This document shows positions 18,154-27,152 of a DNA stretch of 35,501 nt, piece by piece. The DNA lies in the NCBI GenBank assembly GCA_043816965.1, contig JBDRHK010000022.1, positions 1-35,501 on the forward strand, in the 5' to 3' direction. This stretch comes from Candidatus Iainarchaeum sp. Its GTDB lineage: Archaea > Iainarchaeota > Iainarchaeia > Iainarchaeales > JAFCCJ01. The notes under the pieces were generated by a model. The model searched no databases. It saw only the letters and a list, made by a program, of their open reading frames with translations, and had not been told where the DNA came from. The first letter of the stretch is position 1, and each line of letters starts with the position of its first letter. Position numbers and translations under genes: made by a program.

Positions 18154-18798
18154 ATGTTCCGGAATAAAATTGTCGAAATTGGTTCGAAAATGAGGAGGCG
18201 CCGTGGCGATAAGCGTTCAGCAGCCGGCAAGATCCGGGCAGGTGAATTGGACATAAAAGAAATGACCGGGCGGAATGTTATCCCCTCGAGAAAAGCCCGG
18301 GAGGAGCTGATGGTGCATCTTGAAGAAAAGCTAAAATATGAGAATTTTTTCGAGAGCCTCCCACTAACCACCTCGCTAAATGTAAAAAAATTTGAATTTA
18401 ACGGGATTCCGATTGCAATAAAAAATACCGAAAACAAGAATTATCAAGGTGCCAACCACAGGGAATTTAAGGCCGCATTCATAGAATACCGCAGGGCGCT
18501 CAAGGAAGGAACCTTAAGTGCAAAGCACCACATACTCCTCTCCCCGGTTGTTTACGGCAAGATTGGGCCATATCTAATTATGGAGTATGTGGAAGATAAG
18601 TACCCGTTATCCTCCCCCGAACTTTCAAAATACTGGAAAGCCGACGGGGAAATCACCTCGAATTTTATGAAGTTGCTTTCCGATAAAAAAATAAATGCCG
18701 CGCCCCAGATGCTTCACCTGATGACTTTGAAAAACACAAACCCAAAAAACCCACGGAAAGGTAAATGGGTGGGCTTCCATCCTTATGATTATGAATGA
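18154..18798 (+). CDS. Hypothetical protein, possible degenerate protein-kinase-like fold
   Basis: IAIK and PVVYG...YLIMEYVE resemble kinase N-lobe/hinge. No HxD or DFG seen. Confidence 0.5.
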   Translation: MFRNKIVEIGSKMRRRRGDKRSAAGKIRAGELDIKEMTGRNVIPSRKAREELMVHLEEKLKYENFFESLPLTTSLNVKKFEFNGIPIAIKNTENKNYQGANHREFKAAFIEYRRALKEGTLSAKHHILLSPVVYGKIGPYLIMEYVEDKYPLSSPELSKYWKADGEITSNFMKLLSDKKINAAPQMLHLMTLKNTNPKNPRKGKWVGFHPYDYE

Positions 18799-18847
18799 TT
18801 TCTCCCGTAAACCCGGCCCTTAGGTTCTCCGTGAGGGATAGCAGTTC

Positions 18848-18881
18848 CGCACCGGAAACCCGCTCCCGAAATGATTTAAGA
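18848..18881 (+). promoter_or_regulatory. CGCACCGGAAAC motif copy 2 plus BRE/TATA-like element
   Basis: 12-mer at 18848-18859, CCCGAAA, TTTAAGA. ATG 56 bp after motif start. Confidence 0.75.
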
Positions 18882-18903
18882 ACCGGTTAAATCCAATTCA
18901 CCT

Positions 18904-19323
18904 ATGAAACTGATTTATCTGGATACGAACATATGGATTGATTTTTGGGAGAACAGAAGCGATGGCTTAAGGCCATTGGGGGAGTTTGCTTTCAATGTTC
19001 TGAAAAGGGCATATAACTGTGAATTCAAAGTAGTTGTCTCATCAATACTTATGGCTGAATTGAAATTTAATTATGGGGCGGAAACAGTAATGGAAATGCT
19101 AAAGGATCTCCGAAGAAGCAAAAAACACATTTACATTTATGCTGATAAAGAACACAATAAATCCGCATTAGAGTATTCCAAAAAAACAGGAATTGGTTTC
19201 AATGATTGCCTGCACGCAGTACTTGCCAAAGCAAGGGGATGTGATTGTCTCGTTACACAAAATATGAAGCATTTTGAGAGATTAGAGTTCCTCATCAAAC
19301 CCAAATTCCCTGGTGATCTCTAG
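18904..19323 (+). CDS. PIN-domain ribonuclease (VapC-like toxin)
   Basis: IYLDTNIWID, E, DCLH, LVTQNMKHF. Confidence 0.9.
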   Translation: MKLIYLDTNIWIDFWENRSDGLRPLGEFAFNVLKRAYNCEFKVVVSSILMAELKFNYGAETVMEMLKDLRRSKKHIYIYADKEHNKSALEYSKKTGIGFNDCLHAVLAKARGCDCLVTQNMKHFERLEFLIKPKFPGDL

Positions 19324-19578
19324 GGCCCTTTCCGGGGTATGTTCTCTTGCAATTATTTCCCTGTCTGCCTGGGTCAATCCTTTCCCCTTCCCTTTCAACG
19401 CGCTCAATTGTTTTGGGAGGTTTGCAATAGCAACCCGTCTATAGTACTCCAGTATGACTCTTCTTGTCCCTTCCCTAATAAGCTCTGCCTGATTGGAAAA
19501 CCAGCCGGATTTAACCACTTCATTTACCTCTTTCTTCAGCTGCTTTCCTAAACGCACATGAACTAATGTATCCGCCAT
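19282..19578 (-). CDS. Ribbon-helix-helix (CopG-like) antitoxin/regulator
   Basis: MADTLVHVRL...VKSGWFSNQAELIREGTRR. ATG at 19578 with TTTATATA upstream. Convergent with the PIN gene. Confidence 0.8.
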   Translation of the reverse strand: MADTLVHVRLGKQLKKEVNEVVKSGWFSNQAELIREGTRRVILEYYRRVAIANLPKQLSALKGKGKGLTQADREIIAREHTPERALEITREFGFDEEL

Positions 19579-19660
19579 ATTATGCACTATATCTAAAGAG
19601 TATATAAATGATACTGTTGAAATTTGCCTAAAAAGGAGTTGTGTGAAGGCAGACAATATT

Positions 19661-19718
19661 TGGCGAACGAAGTGAGCCATGTCTCCCCGAAGAGGAGGCA
19701 GTCGTGTACACGGAGACA
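19661..19718. repeat. GC-rich hairpin element related to 3790-3830
   Basis: TGGC-GA-AC-GAA-GT-GA-GCCA then TGTCTCC-CCGAAGA-GGAGGCA (alternative partner GGAGACA). Confidence 0.55.
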
Positions 19719-19725
19719 GCCGTTT

Positions 19726-19760
19726 CGCACCGGAAACCCGCCCCCGAAATCATTTATAAA
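19726..19760 (+). promoter_or_regulatory. CGCACCGGAAAC motif copy 3 plus BRE/TATA
   Basis: 12-mer at 19726-19737, CCCGAAA, TTTATAAA at 19753-19760. ATG 58 bp after motif start. Confidence 0.78.
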
Positions 19761-19783
19761 TGACTTTGCATTTTCCTATTTCT

Positions 19784-20881
19784 ATGAAACTTGATTCTGT
19801 GATAAAAGAGGCAGTGGAATTCATTAATTCCGGGGAGAAGAACAAGAAATTAGTTGCCGAAAAACTCTCCCCTCTGAAAAACGCTAAAATGGGTGAATTT
19901 TCCAGCAATGACCTGCTTGAGGATAATTTCGTTTTTCCTGTTGAGAGAAAGCCATTGAATGCCCTGATTGCAGGAGTTGACTCCGGCTTTGTCGCGAAAA
20001 ATTTAGCCTCATTGGATTTAGTTCTCATTCGTGCAGTGGGTGCGGTGTTCAATTACAAAGAGGGAAAAGTTACTGAAAGCAACTACCATCCAAACTATTT
20101 CCATTTTCCAATGCCACACCTTTCCAACAGCGCCCTGGAAAAGCATGAGGCTAATTGCTCAATGAGCCTAAAGAGGCTGATGGAGGAAATCAAATGCACG
20201 AAAGAAGTTATTGAGAAATTTTCCCCTGATTTCTGTTTCATCGATGGAAGTGTTGTTCCCCAGTATGCGGACAAGCCCCCCAAAGATTCAAAGGTCGTTA
20301 ACCATTATGAAAAAATTCTCGCCGATTTCCAGGATTTATATTCGGTTGCGGAAAAAAACAATTGCTCCCTGATAGGGTGCGTTGAGGACAGCAGGGGAAG
20401 CAGGTTCAGGAGCATTGTGCAGGAGGAAATTCTTACGAAAAAAAATTTAATTGAAAAGGAAAAGCTGGAGAATATGTTTGACTCATCCATGCTGGATTAT
20501 CTCCTCTCTGAAAGGGAAAGAACCTGCACATTCACCTACACAAAGTCTACTGGAAAGCACCCGATTTTGATGGATTTTGATGAAAAGTGGAGCAGTTCGA
20601 TTTACGGCTTTTACCTGCGCCCATCCTCCTTTGACAGGGTTTTAAGGGTGGAATTTATTTATTCTGGAAAGGAGATTACTGATTACAGCAACAAAATCGC
20701 CTCAGTTGTTAACGAACTTTCCTGCATGCACAGGGAGTATGCATACCCGAGCATTCTCATCGAGGCAGACATGAGGGCAAAGCTAAAGCCAGAGGAAATC
20801 AATATTGTGTTCAATAAAATTATGGATAAGTTGGGGAAGAACATAAAACTCAGAATGAGAAGGGAGAAAAGGCCGTTTTAA
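19784..20881 (+). CDS. nurA: DNA double-strand break repair nuclease NurA
   Basis: IAGVDSG, FIDGS, LRVEF, YAYPSILIEADMRAK. herA nearby. Start set at MKLDS, downstream of the TATA box. Confidence 0.9.
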   Translation: MKLDSVIKEAVEFINSGEKNKKLVAEKLSPLKNAKMGEFSSNDLLEDNFVFPVERKPLNALIAGVDSGFVAKNLASLDLVLIRAVGAVFNYKEGKVTESNYHPNYFHFPMPHLSNSALEKHEANCSMSLKRLMEEIKCTKEVIEKFSPDFCFIDGSVVPQYADKPPKDSKVVNHYEKILADFQDLYSVAEKNNCSLIGCVEDSRGSRFRSIVQEEILTKKNLIEKEKLENMFDSSMLDYLLSERERTCTFTYTKSTGKHPILMDFDEKWSSSIYGFYLRPSSFDRVLRVEFIYSGKEITDYSNKIASVVNELSCMHREYAYPSILIEADMRAKLKPEEINIVFNKIMDKLGKNIKLRMRREKRPF

Positions 20882-20940
20882 GAGTTGAATTAGGTAAGAT
20901 TTATATACTAAAAAGTAAGAAATATATGTGGTGATGTAAG

Positions 20941-21192
20941 ATGTATGAAACCGTACTTTCCTCGAAAGGCCAGATTGTTCTCCCGGCGAAGATAAGAAAG
21001 GATGAGAAGTGGAAAAAAGGGGAAAAATTTGTTGTAAAAAGAACTCCCTTTGGGGTCATGATAATCAACATCCCCAAAAATCCCATTAAAGCCTTGAGGG
21101 GAATAGCAAAACATATGAATATTTCCGACAAAGAGATCAAAGAGATGAGGAAGAAAAATGAACAGCACGACATTGCAGAAAAAAATATTTGA
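20941..21192 (+). CDS. AbrB/MazE-type antitoxin
   Basis: VLSSKGQIVLPAKIR. Overlaps the downstream PIN gene. Confidence 0.9.
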   Translation: MYETVLSSKGQIVLPAKIRKDEKWKKGEKFVVKRTPFGVMIINIPKNPIKALRGIAKHMNISDKEIKEMRKKNEQHDIAEKNI

Positions 21193-21571
21193 CACTTCTG
21201 CCCTTAAGAGGTTTCTAAGTGATGAAAAGGGCAGCGACGAAATGGCTAAAATGTTGGAGGATGGCTTAAAGAAAAATGAGAATCTTCTGGTAAGCACTTT
21301 AAGCGTATATGAACTAGCTCTGATAATGGGGCGGAGAAATGTTGAAGAGGCAGTGGTGGCAATTTCATTCATTGAAAAAATATGCAGATTCATTTCACCA
21401 AACACTGAAATTTCGCAGAATGCCGCCTTACTAAAAATCAAGCACCCTAAGGCCGATATTTCAATGGCCGACGCAATAATACTCCAGACAGGAATTAAAG
21501 AAAGAGCAGAAATAATAACTGCTGATAAGGAATGGAAAAAAATTGTGGAGGCTGATGTAAAAATTATTTGA
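21158..21571 (+). CDS. PIN-domain toxin (VapC)
   Basis: IFDTSAL, VYEL, ISMADAII, IITADKEW. Confidence 0.9.
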   Translation: MNSTTLQKKIFDTSALKRFLSDEKGSDEMAKMLEDGLKKNENLLVSTLSVYELALIMGRRNVEEAVVAISFIEKICRFISPNTEISQNAALLKIKHPKADISMADAIILQTGIKERAEIITADKEWKKIVEADVKII

Positions 21572-21717
21572 GGGTGGCAGAATAGTTAATTAATTGTTTT
21601 GAGGTAAATATTTGGGTGATGGGATGAAGCCAGGTAGATTGGAAAAAAGAACCAAGAACCGTGAAGATCCCCGGTACGAAAAAACAAAATTCGGGAGAAA
21701 AAGCAACAGGTGATACT

Positions 21718-21840
21718 ATGAAGATGTTTTGCCCGCAGTGCGGAAGAAAGGAGATGGAACCGGATTACGCAGGCAAGGGCATGCAGTTCACATGCGCAAA
21801 GTGCGGTTATACAGGCCCGGCAATGCAGGGTGATGTTTAA
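21718..21840 (+). CDS. Small Zn-ribbon protein (40 aa), absent from ORF track
   Basis: MKMFCPQCGRKEMEPDYAGKGMQFTCAKCGYTGPAMQGDV. AGGTGA SD. Stop overlaps the next ATG. Confidence 0.75.
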   Translation: MKMFCPQCGRKEMEPDYAGKGMQFTCAKCGYTGPAMQGDV

Positions 21841-22034
21841 TGGATGAAAAGGAAATGATTTTCAAGTTCTGTCCAAAGTGCGGGTCAAAAGAGCTTAAGA
21901 CATGGGTTAATGCCCCTGACTCAATATCTGCCAAAATGGTCTGCAACTTTTGCAATACTATAAATCTGCCATTTGAGGGAACAGCAAAATTTATCTCAAA
22001 ATTTAAAAAAAGGATTGAAAGTGAAAAAAAATGA
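21840..22034 (+). CDS. Small Zn-ribbon protein
   Basis: CPKCGS...CNFC. Translationally coupled to herA (ATGA overlap). Confidence 0.75.
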   Translation: MDEKEMIFKFCPKCGSKELKTWVNAPDSISAKMVCNFCNTINLPFEGTAKFISKFKKRIESEKK

Positions 22035-23566
22035 GCAATAAGGAAATCGGAACAGTAGTTTCCACCCTGGACGGGCCATCCCCATCCTTTTTGGATTTTG
22101 TTGTCAACGAAGGGACAATCCACAGGGGCCAGTTTGTTGAGATGGATTACTCTGAGGGAACCATGATTGCACTGGTTCAGGATGTGATTAAAACAAACCG
22201 CTATTTTGAGAGGGCGGAAGCCGTTAAGGAATTCGAATCATCTGGGAGGAAATTATTTGAGCAGTTCCCCACAACTGAGTGGGAGTATCTCCTTGCAAAA
22301 ACCCGCCCAATGGGAGTTTACAGCAAGGGGATGATAAAGCGTTCCTCATTCCCTCCCTCGCCAGGAACAAGGGTAAGAATAGCATCAGCTGAAAACCTTA
22401 AAAAATTTCTCGGTTTTGATGAGGATGGCCTGCATTTGGGGGAAGTTGAATATCATTCACTTCCGGTGAAATTAAACATGACTAAATTACTTTCAAAACA
22501 TCTTGCTGTTTTGGCAATGTCCGGAGCTGGAAAAAGCGTTGCAACCAGGGTGATGATGGAGGAACTCCTTACAAGGGAAAAGGAAAAGGGGCGAATGGCA
22601 ATTGTCGTTATGGACACACACGGAGAATACACTTCTTTTGCAGAACCAGTAACCGATAAGGAGCACAAGGATTATTCCTCAAAGACAAAAGTCATAAAGG
22701 CAAGGGACATAAAAATCGGCGTGCCGAAACTCACAATAGGAATCCTTTCAGGAATGATTCCTGGTTTAAGTGCAGCGCAGAGGAGGGATCTGGGAAGGAT
22801 TTTAGAAAGAATGAAAAAGGAAATGAAGGATGGATTGGGGCCATTTGATTTGGGCGCGCTGAGGACTGAGCTTGCAAAAGATTCTGAACTAAAAGACAAT
22901 ACAAGAAAGGCCCTTATGGGATGGATAGCTACCCTTGACCAATTAAAACTTTTCTCTAAAATAGATTCTCCCAGCATTTCTGATCTGATAAAACCCGGCC
23001 AATTGACAATTGTTGATTTAAGTGATTTAATCAACATGAAAAAGAAGCAGATGATTGTCAGTTACTTCGCCCAGAAACTTTTCTACGAAAGGAGAAACCA
23101 CAAAATCCCGCCTTTTCTTTTGGTACTTGAGGAAGCCCACCAATTAGTTCCTGAAGGAACATCAAAAGAGGGCGCAATTTCGAGGCCGATAATTGAAACA
23201 ATCGCAAGGGAGGGGAGAAAATTCAATGCCTCGCTTTGCCTGATTTCCCAGAGGCCGATTCAGCTTTCCACAACAGCTCTCTCCCAGTGCAACACACACT
23301 TAATATTGCGTGTAACTAATCCATATGATTTGGACCACATAGGAAAAGGTTCTGAAGGGTTAGACAGGAGAAGCTTGGACATGATAACTTCCCTCAGGGT
23401 GGGAGAGGGCCTGCTTGTGGGGGAAGCAGTTAATTATCCTGTTTTTTTCAAGGTGAGAAAGAACAATTCCCTGGAATCAAAGCATGAAATTCCCCTTGAA
23501 GAGGCCGCAATAAACTTTGAGAAAAAGAAAGAGGAAATCCGCGAAGAGGCAGAGGAATTTTTGTGA
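22031..23566 (+). CDS. herA: HerA bipolar helicase/ATPase
   Basis: HAS-barrel-like N-terminus, HLAVLAMSGAGKS, DTHGEY, LEEAH, REGRKF, SQRP. Confidence 0.92.
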   Translation: MSNKEIGTVVSTLDGPSPSFLDFVVNEGTIHRGQFVEMDYSEGTMIALVQDVIKTNRYFERAEAVKEFESSGRKLFEQFPTTEWEYLLAKTRPMGVYSKGMIKRSSFPPSPGTRVRIASAENLKKFLGFDEDGLHLGEVEYHSLPVKLNMTKLLSKHLAVLAMSGAGKSVATRVMMEELLTREKEKGRMAIVVMDTHGEYTSFAEPVTDKEHKDYSSKTKVIKARDIKIGVPKLTIGILSGMIPGLSAAQRRDLGRILERMKKEMKDGLGPFDLGALRTELAKDSELKDNTRKALMGWIATLDQLKLFSKIDSPSISDLIKPGQLTIVDLSDLINMKKKQMIVSYFAQKLFYERRNHKIPPFLLVLEEAHQLVPEGTSKEGAISRPIIETIAREGRKFNASLCLISQRPIQLSTTALSQCNTHLILRVTNPYDLDHIGKGSEGLDRRSLDMITSLRVGEGLLVGEAVNYPVFFKVRKNNSLESKHEIPLEEAAINFEKKKEEIREEAEEFL

Positions 23567-23612
23567 ATCCAAACCAATATATAAAAGTTAGGATTTAAAC
23601 AATAAGAGCCAT

Positions 23613-24281
23613 ATGAAAAAAATAGTTTTAATTGCAGTCTTCTTTCTGTTAATTTTTGTTTTGGCACAGATAGTAATTGCCTGTCAACCCTGTTCATCCC
23701 ATCTGAATTTGGAAGAAGCTATTAATAGCTCTGATTTAATTATACTTGGGCAAAGAGCGGATTACAATGCTGAGGAATATTTTGATTGGGGGGGACCCGA
23801 AAATATAAACGTGGAAATCATAAATTTTCTAAAGGGCCATATCCAAGGCAAACAAATTACAGTTAATAGCTGGGATGGCATGTGCCCTTATGGAATAATT
23901 GTTGATGATGGCACCTATATTATGCTCTTAGAATTGGAAGACCATGAGTTTCCCTATGATGACCCTAATTTTCCTTTTTATGACCCCTACCAATATGATG
24001 CAGTTAATTCTGGCTGCGCACCAAATCAATTCTTAGTGGATGGAGAAATAGTTGCCCTTTATGATGAAAATATATCTTTTGATGATTTTTATGAAAGAAC
24101 CGGTCTCGAAATAGGATGTTTTAATAATTGCCAACCCGGAGATGAAGAACCACCGCCAAAGGATGAAGAACCACCACAAGACAATAATTTTTATTATATT
24201 GTTGGATTATTGACCATTATTGTGGCCATAATCTTAATATCTATTTTAGTTGTAAAATATAAGAAAAAAATAAGTGGTTAG
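23613..24281 (+). CDS. Secreted acidic protein with C-terminal TM, TIMP/NTR-like N-terminus
   Basis: Signal peptide, then CQPC...LEEAINSSDLIILG. Pro-rich linker and TM plus KKK. Visibly AT-rich. Confidence 0.6.
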   Translation: MKKIVLIAVFFLLIFVLAQIVIACQPCSSHLNLEEAINSSDLIILGQRADYNAEEYFDWGGPENINVEIINFLKGHIQGKQITVNSWDGMCPYGIIVDDGTYIMLLELEDHEFPYDDPNFPFYDPYQYDAVNSGCAPNQFLVDGEIVALYDENISFDDFYERTGLEIGCFNNCQPGDEEPPPKDEEPPQDNNFYYIVGLLTIIVAIILISILVVKYKKKISG

Positions 24282-24324
24282 ATAATCCAAACTTTTATTA
24301 ATTCCCCTACTGATTTATTATAGA

Positions 24325-25476
24325 ATGGTTGAAATAATGCTTCTTGGAACCGGGCTTCTGGCATTTATTGCCGGCCTTTTTGTACTTGTTTTCGGCAGCG
24401 ATAAGCTTGTTGAGTCAGCCGTGAACATTGCAAAAATGCTGAGCATATCGACATTCATAATCGGCCTAACTTTAGTCGGAATAGGAACATCCCTCCCTGA
24501 ACTTGCCTTTGCGATAATTGCAACCATGAATGACAGCGCAGGATTTGTTTTGGGGGATGTGATTGGCTCAAACATAGCAAATATTGGCCTTGTGCTTGCA
24601 CTTGCAGTTTTGTATGGAGGAACAATAAAAATTAAGAGGCGAATCCTGAACATTGATGGCATAATCCTTCTCGGAATAACAGTTCTCTTTTTGCTCCTGA
24701 TGATCGATGGGGCAATCTCCTTCTCAGATGCTTTGATACTGCTGCTTGTTTACCTCTTCTACCTGCTCTTCCTGTTTGAATCCCTTTCAAGCCTTATGAA
24801 GGTTCTCGATATAAGCAAGATGATGGGTGCCTTGTTCCATGTTGGGGGCAGCATATGGAACCTTCATACACTTTTCCAAATGAAGGAAAAGGGCCTTACT
24901 GTAAAAACATATGAAAACATTGTTGATGCAAAATTGGATGGTAAGGATGCAAAGGAGATGATTGAAAACAAGCGCAAGGGAAAGGATTTCATAACAATAT
25001 TTCGTGAAATTCTTTTTGCCGAAATATTCAAAAATTTCGGGGTATTAATTGCCTCGATTTTCATAATATTCATTGGCGCACTTTTAATGGTTGAGGGGTC
25101 TGTGAGGCTTGCGACATTTTTTGGCGTCTCTGATGACCTGATAGGCCTGACAATTGTCGCAATAGGGACCTCCCTCCCTGAAATGGCGGTTTCATTTGCG
25201 GCAATCAAGAAAAAAACAGGCAATATACTGATTGGAAACATTTTGGGCAGCAACATATCAAACATACTCCTAATAATCGGGCTATCCGCAGTCATAAACC
25301 CGATAATAGTCCCCTCCTCAGTTATCATCCCCGCCATCATGATGCTGGTTATTACTGCCCTCTTATTGCAGGCCATTGTCAAGGAATATGATATTACTAA
25401 AAAAGAGGCATTGTTCCTGCTGGTATTTTACATAGTATTCGTTGTTTCCCTGCCTTTTATCACTTCTGTAGGATAG
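24325..25476 (+). CDS. Ca2+/Na+ antiporter (YrbG/NCX family)
   Basis: Two alpha repeats GTSLPE...GSNI. Confidence 0.94.
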   Translation: MVEIMLLGTGLLAFIAGLFVLVFGSDKLVESAVNIAKMLSISTFIIGLTLVGIGTSLPELAFAIIATMNDSAGFVLGDVIGSNIANIGLVLALAVLYGGTIKIKRRILNIDGIILLGITVLFLLLMIDGAISFSDALILLLVYLFYLLFLFESLSSLMKVLDISKMMGALFHVGGSIWNLHTLFQMKEKGLTVKTYENIVDAKLDGKDAKEMIENKRKGKDFITIFREILFAEIFKNFGVLIASIFIIFIGALLMVEGSVRLATFFGVSDDLIGLTIVAIGTSLPEMAVSFAAIKKKTGNILIGNILGSNISNILLIIGLSAVINPIIVPSSVIIPAIMMLVITALLLQAIVKEYDITKKEALFLLVFYIVFVVSLPFITSVG

Positions 25477-25503
25477 CACAGGAAATAACTCTAAAGGTAA
25501 ATC

Positions 25504-25542
25504 CGCACCGGAAACCTACCCTCTCCTGAAATCCTATTTAAA
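25504..25542 (+). promoter_or_regulatory. CGCACCGGAAAC motif copy 4 plus BRE/TATA
   Basis: 12-mer at 25504-25515, CCTGAAA, TATTTAAA at 25535-25542. ATG 61 bp after motif start. Confidence 0.75.
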
Positions 25543-25564
25543 GCCCTGAAACAATCCTTATGGT

Positions 25565-27088
25565 ATGAAGACTCCCAATAGCATCTTCTGGCTAGCAACT
25601 GCAAGATATCTTCCTGAAAAAAGGGAAATGGTTGTTGAATTCTCCAATTCATTAAGCAAGGTTGTGGAGAGGTTCAAATTTTTCCCCTCCTTTTATGTTG
25701 AGGGAATTAACAGTGAAAGATTAAATGCCGCGATTAAAAAGGAAGAGCTGAAGCGGTTCCAGTTCCTTGAGGAAGGGGAAGGCTGGAAAGTTGTTGGGGC
25801 GACATTTACTGATTTACTTAATCTTTCTGATGAACTGCATAAAAAAGGGCTGACGCCATTGCTTCTTGGGCCGGAAAGGCAGTTCTTGCTTGAAAGGGAA
25901 TGGAGCTATTTTGACTGCTTCAGTATTGAATCAGGAAATATAATTAAACTTTCAAATTTTCTGGTGCCCAACACCTCACTTAACTTTTTGCCGACAAATC
26001 TGGGCATGGCTTTGGAGGAGATTAATGGGGTAGGGGGGGAGGCTGCGGGAGGTTTTGCCAAAAGAATTGCGGTCTCCAATCTCCTCTCAATTCCTTTGGA
26101 ACACGCAATTCCTGATGCAGTAAAGAATGCGGAGGCCTTTATCGAGAACATTTATTTCAGGAAAAACATTTCACTGCAAAAAGGAACACCCAATAACATA
26201 GCAACCAAACCAAAAGTGAAGGGAAGGTTTGAGGATGTTGCCGAACTGAATTTCTCAAAGCTATGGGGCATGCTCCTGACTTTTCCGTTTTTTAATCTGG
26301 GCGCTGAAACAATCAACTGCAAATGCTGCAAGCCAGAGAACCTAAGCGCGGCAAACCTTTTGCCCAATTCACTTGTAAGGGTAAAATTCAATTCCAATGG
26401 ATTTTATTTCCAGTCCTGCAGCAACTCATGGGCAGAGGAGTTTCACGGCAAAAATCCGGGAAAAAGCGAAAGGATAAGCCACATGAAAGAGTGGTCGCTT
26501 GATTCAATTCCTGCCGGCCCGTTTTTCGAGGGCGATATTGAGCCAATTCCGCTGGCAGATTACAGGGAACTTTCGGAAAATGGAACACTTTCCCTACTCT
26601 CTGGAAATTATGCCCTGAAATGGTTCTGCAGGAAAAGGGAATCATCCCTCTCCATCGCAGTAAACGGCCTGAATAGGCAGCTTATTGCAGTAAAAACTGA
26701 AACTGAAAAAAAACAGAGGGAGCTTATAAGGCAGTCAAATCTCCTGGCATATCAGGAAATTACCTCAGAATCAAGGCAGATTTACCTTGGCTCCTATGCA
26801 CTTTTAATAGGGGAAATAATTGAAAAAATCCCCGAACTTGCCGCTTCTAATTCTAGTCTGTTCTCAAGAGAGATGATTGAGGGCATTGAATGTATCAAGT
26901 CCTCAGTCCTTGGCAAATTCAGGGGGTTTGCAGCCATAAATGGCGTAAAATGCATCCCCCTGGATTCCAGCCGGGCATATATTGATTCAGACTCTGCGCT
27001 GAAATTTCTGGAGAATTTCTCGGAAAAATTCAGCATTCCCCGCCCTGAAATCCTTTCCCACAGGAAATACGTGTCCCTCAACATATAA
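25565..27088 (+). CDS. Degenerate family-B DNA polymerase-like protein (PolB2-like, probably inactive)
   Basis: FFPSFYV N-domain. ELNFSKLW...NLGAETINCKCC aligns by eye with PolB2 motif A (xDFxSxYP...NIS.ET..C.CC) with Asp replaced. WFC follows. No DTD motif. Confidence 0.6.
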   Translation: MKTPNSIFWLATARYLPEKREMVVEFSNSLSKVVERFKFFPSFYVEGINSERLNAAIKKEELKRFQFLEEGEGWKVVGATFTDLLNLSDELHKKGLTPLLLGPERQFLLEREWSYFDCFSIESGNIIKLSNFLVPNTSLNFLPTNLGMALEEINGVGGEAAGGFAKRIAVSNLLSIPLEHAIPDAVKNAEAFIENIYFRKNISLQKGTPNNIATKPKVKGRFEDVAELNFSKLWGMLLTFPFFNLGAETINCKCCKPENLSAANLLPNSLVRVKFNSNGFYFQSCSNSWAEEFHGKNPGKSERISHMKEWSLDSIPAGPFFEGDIEPIPLADYRELSENGTLSLLSGNYALKWFCRKRESSLSIAVNGLNRQLIAVKTETEKKQRELIRQSNLLAYQEITSESRQIYLGSYALLIGEIIEKIPELAASNSSLFSREMIEGIECIKSSVLGKFRGFAAINGVKCIPLDSSRAYIDSDSALKFLENFSEKFSIPRPEILSHRKYVSLNI

Positions 27089-27152
27089 TTAGTTTTTTAA
27101 TTCTTTGCATAGGGAACTTAATATCACATAATATCCTATTTTTGGTGTTTTT

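Noticed and set aside
19579..19783. ORF-track N-terminal extensions of RHH (to 19680) and nurA (from 19760)
   Set aside because: The extensions run through promoter or hairpin DNA. Downstream ATGs fit TATA spacing and domain starts.
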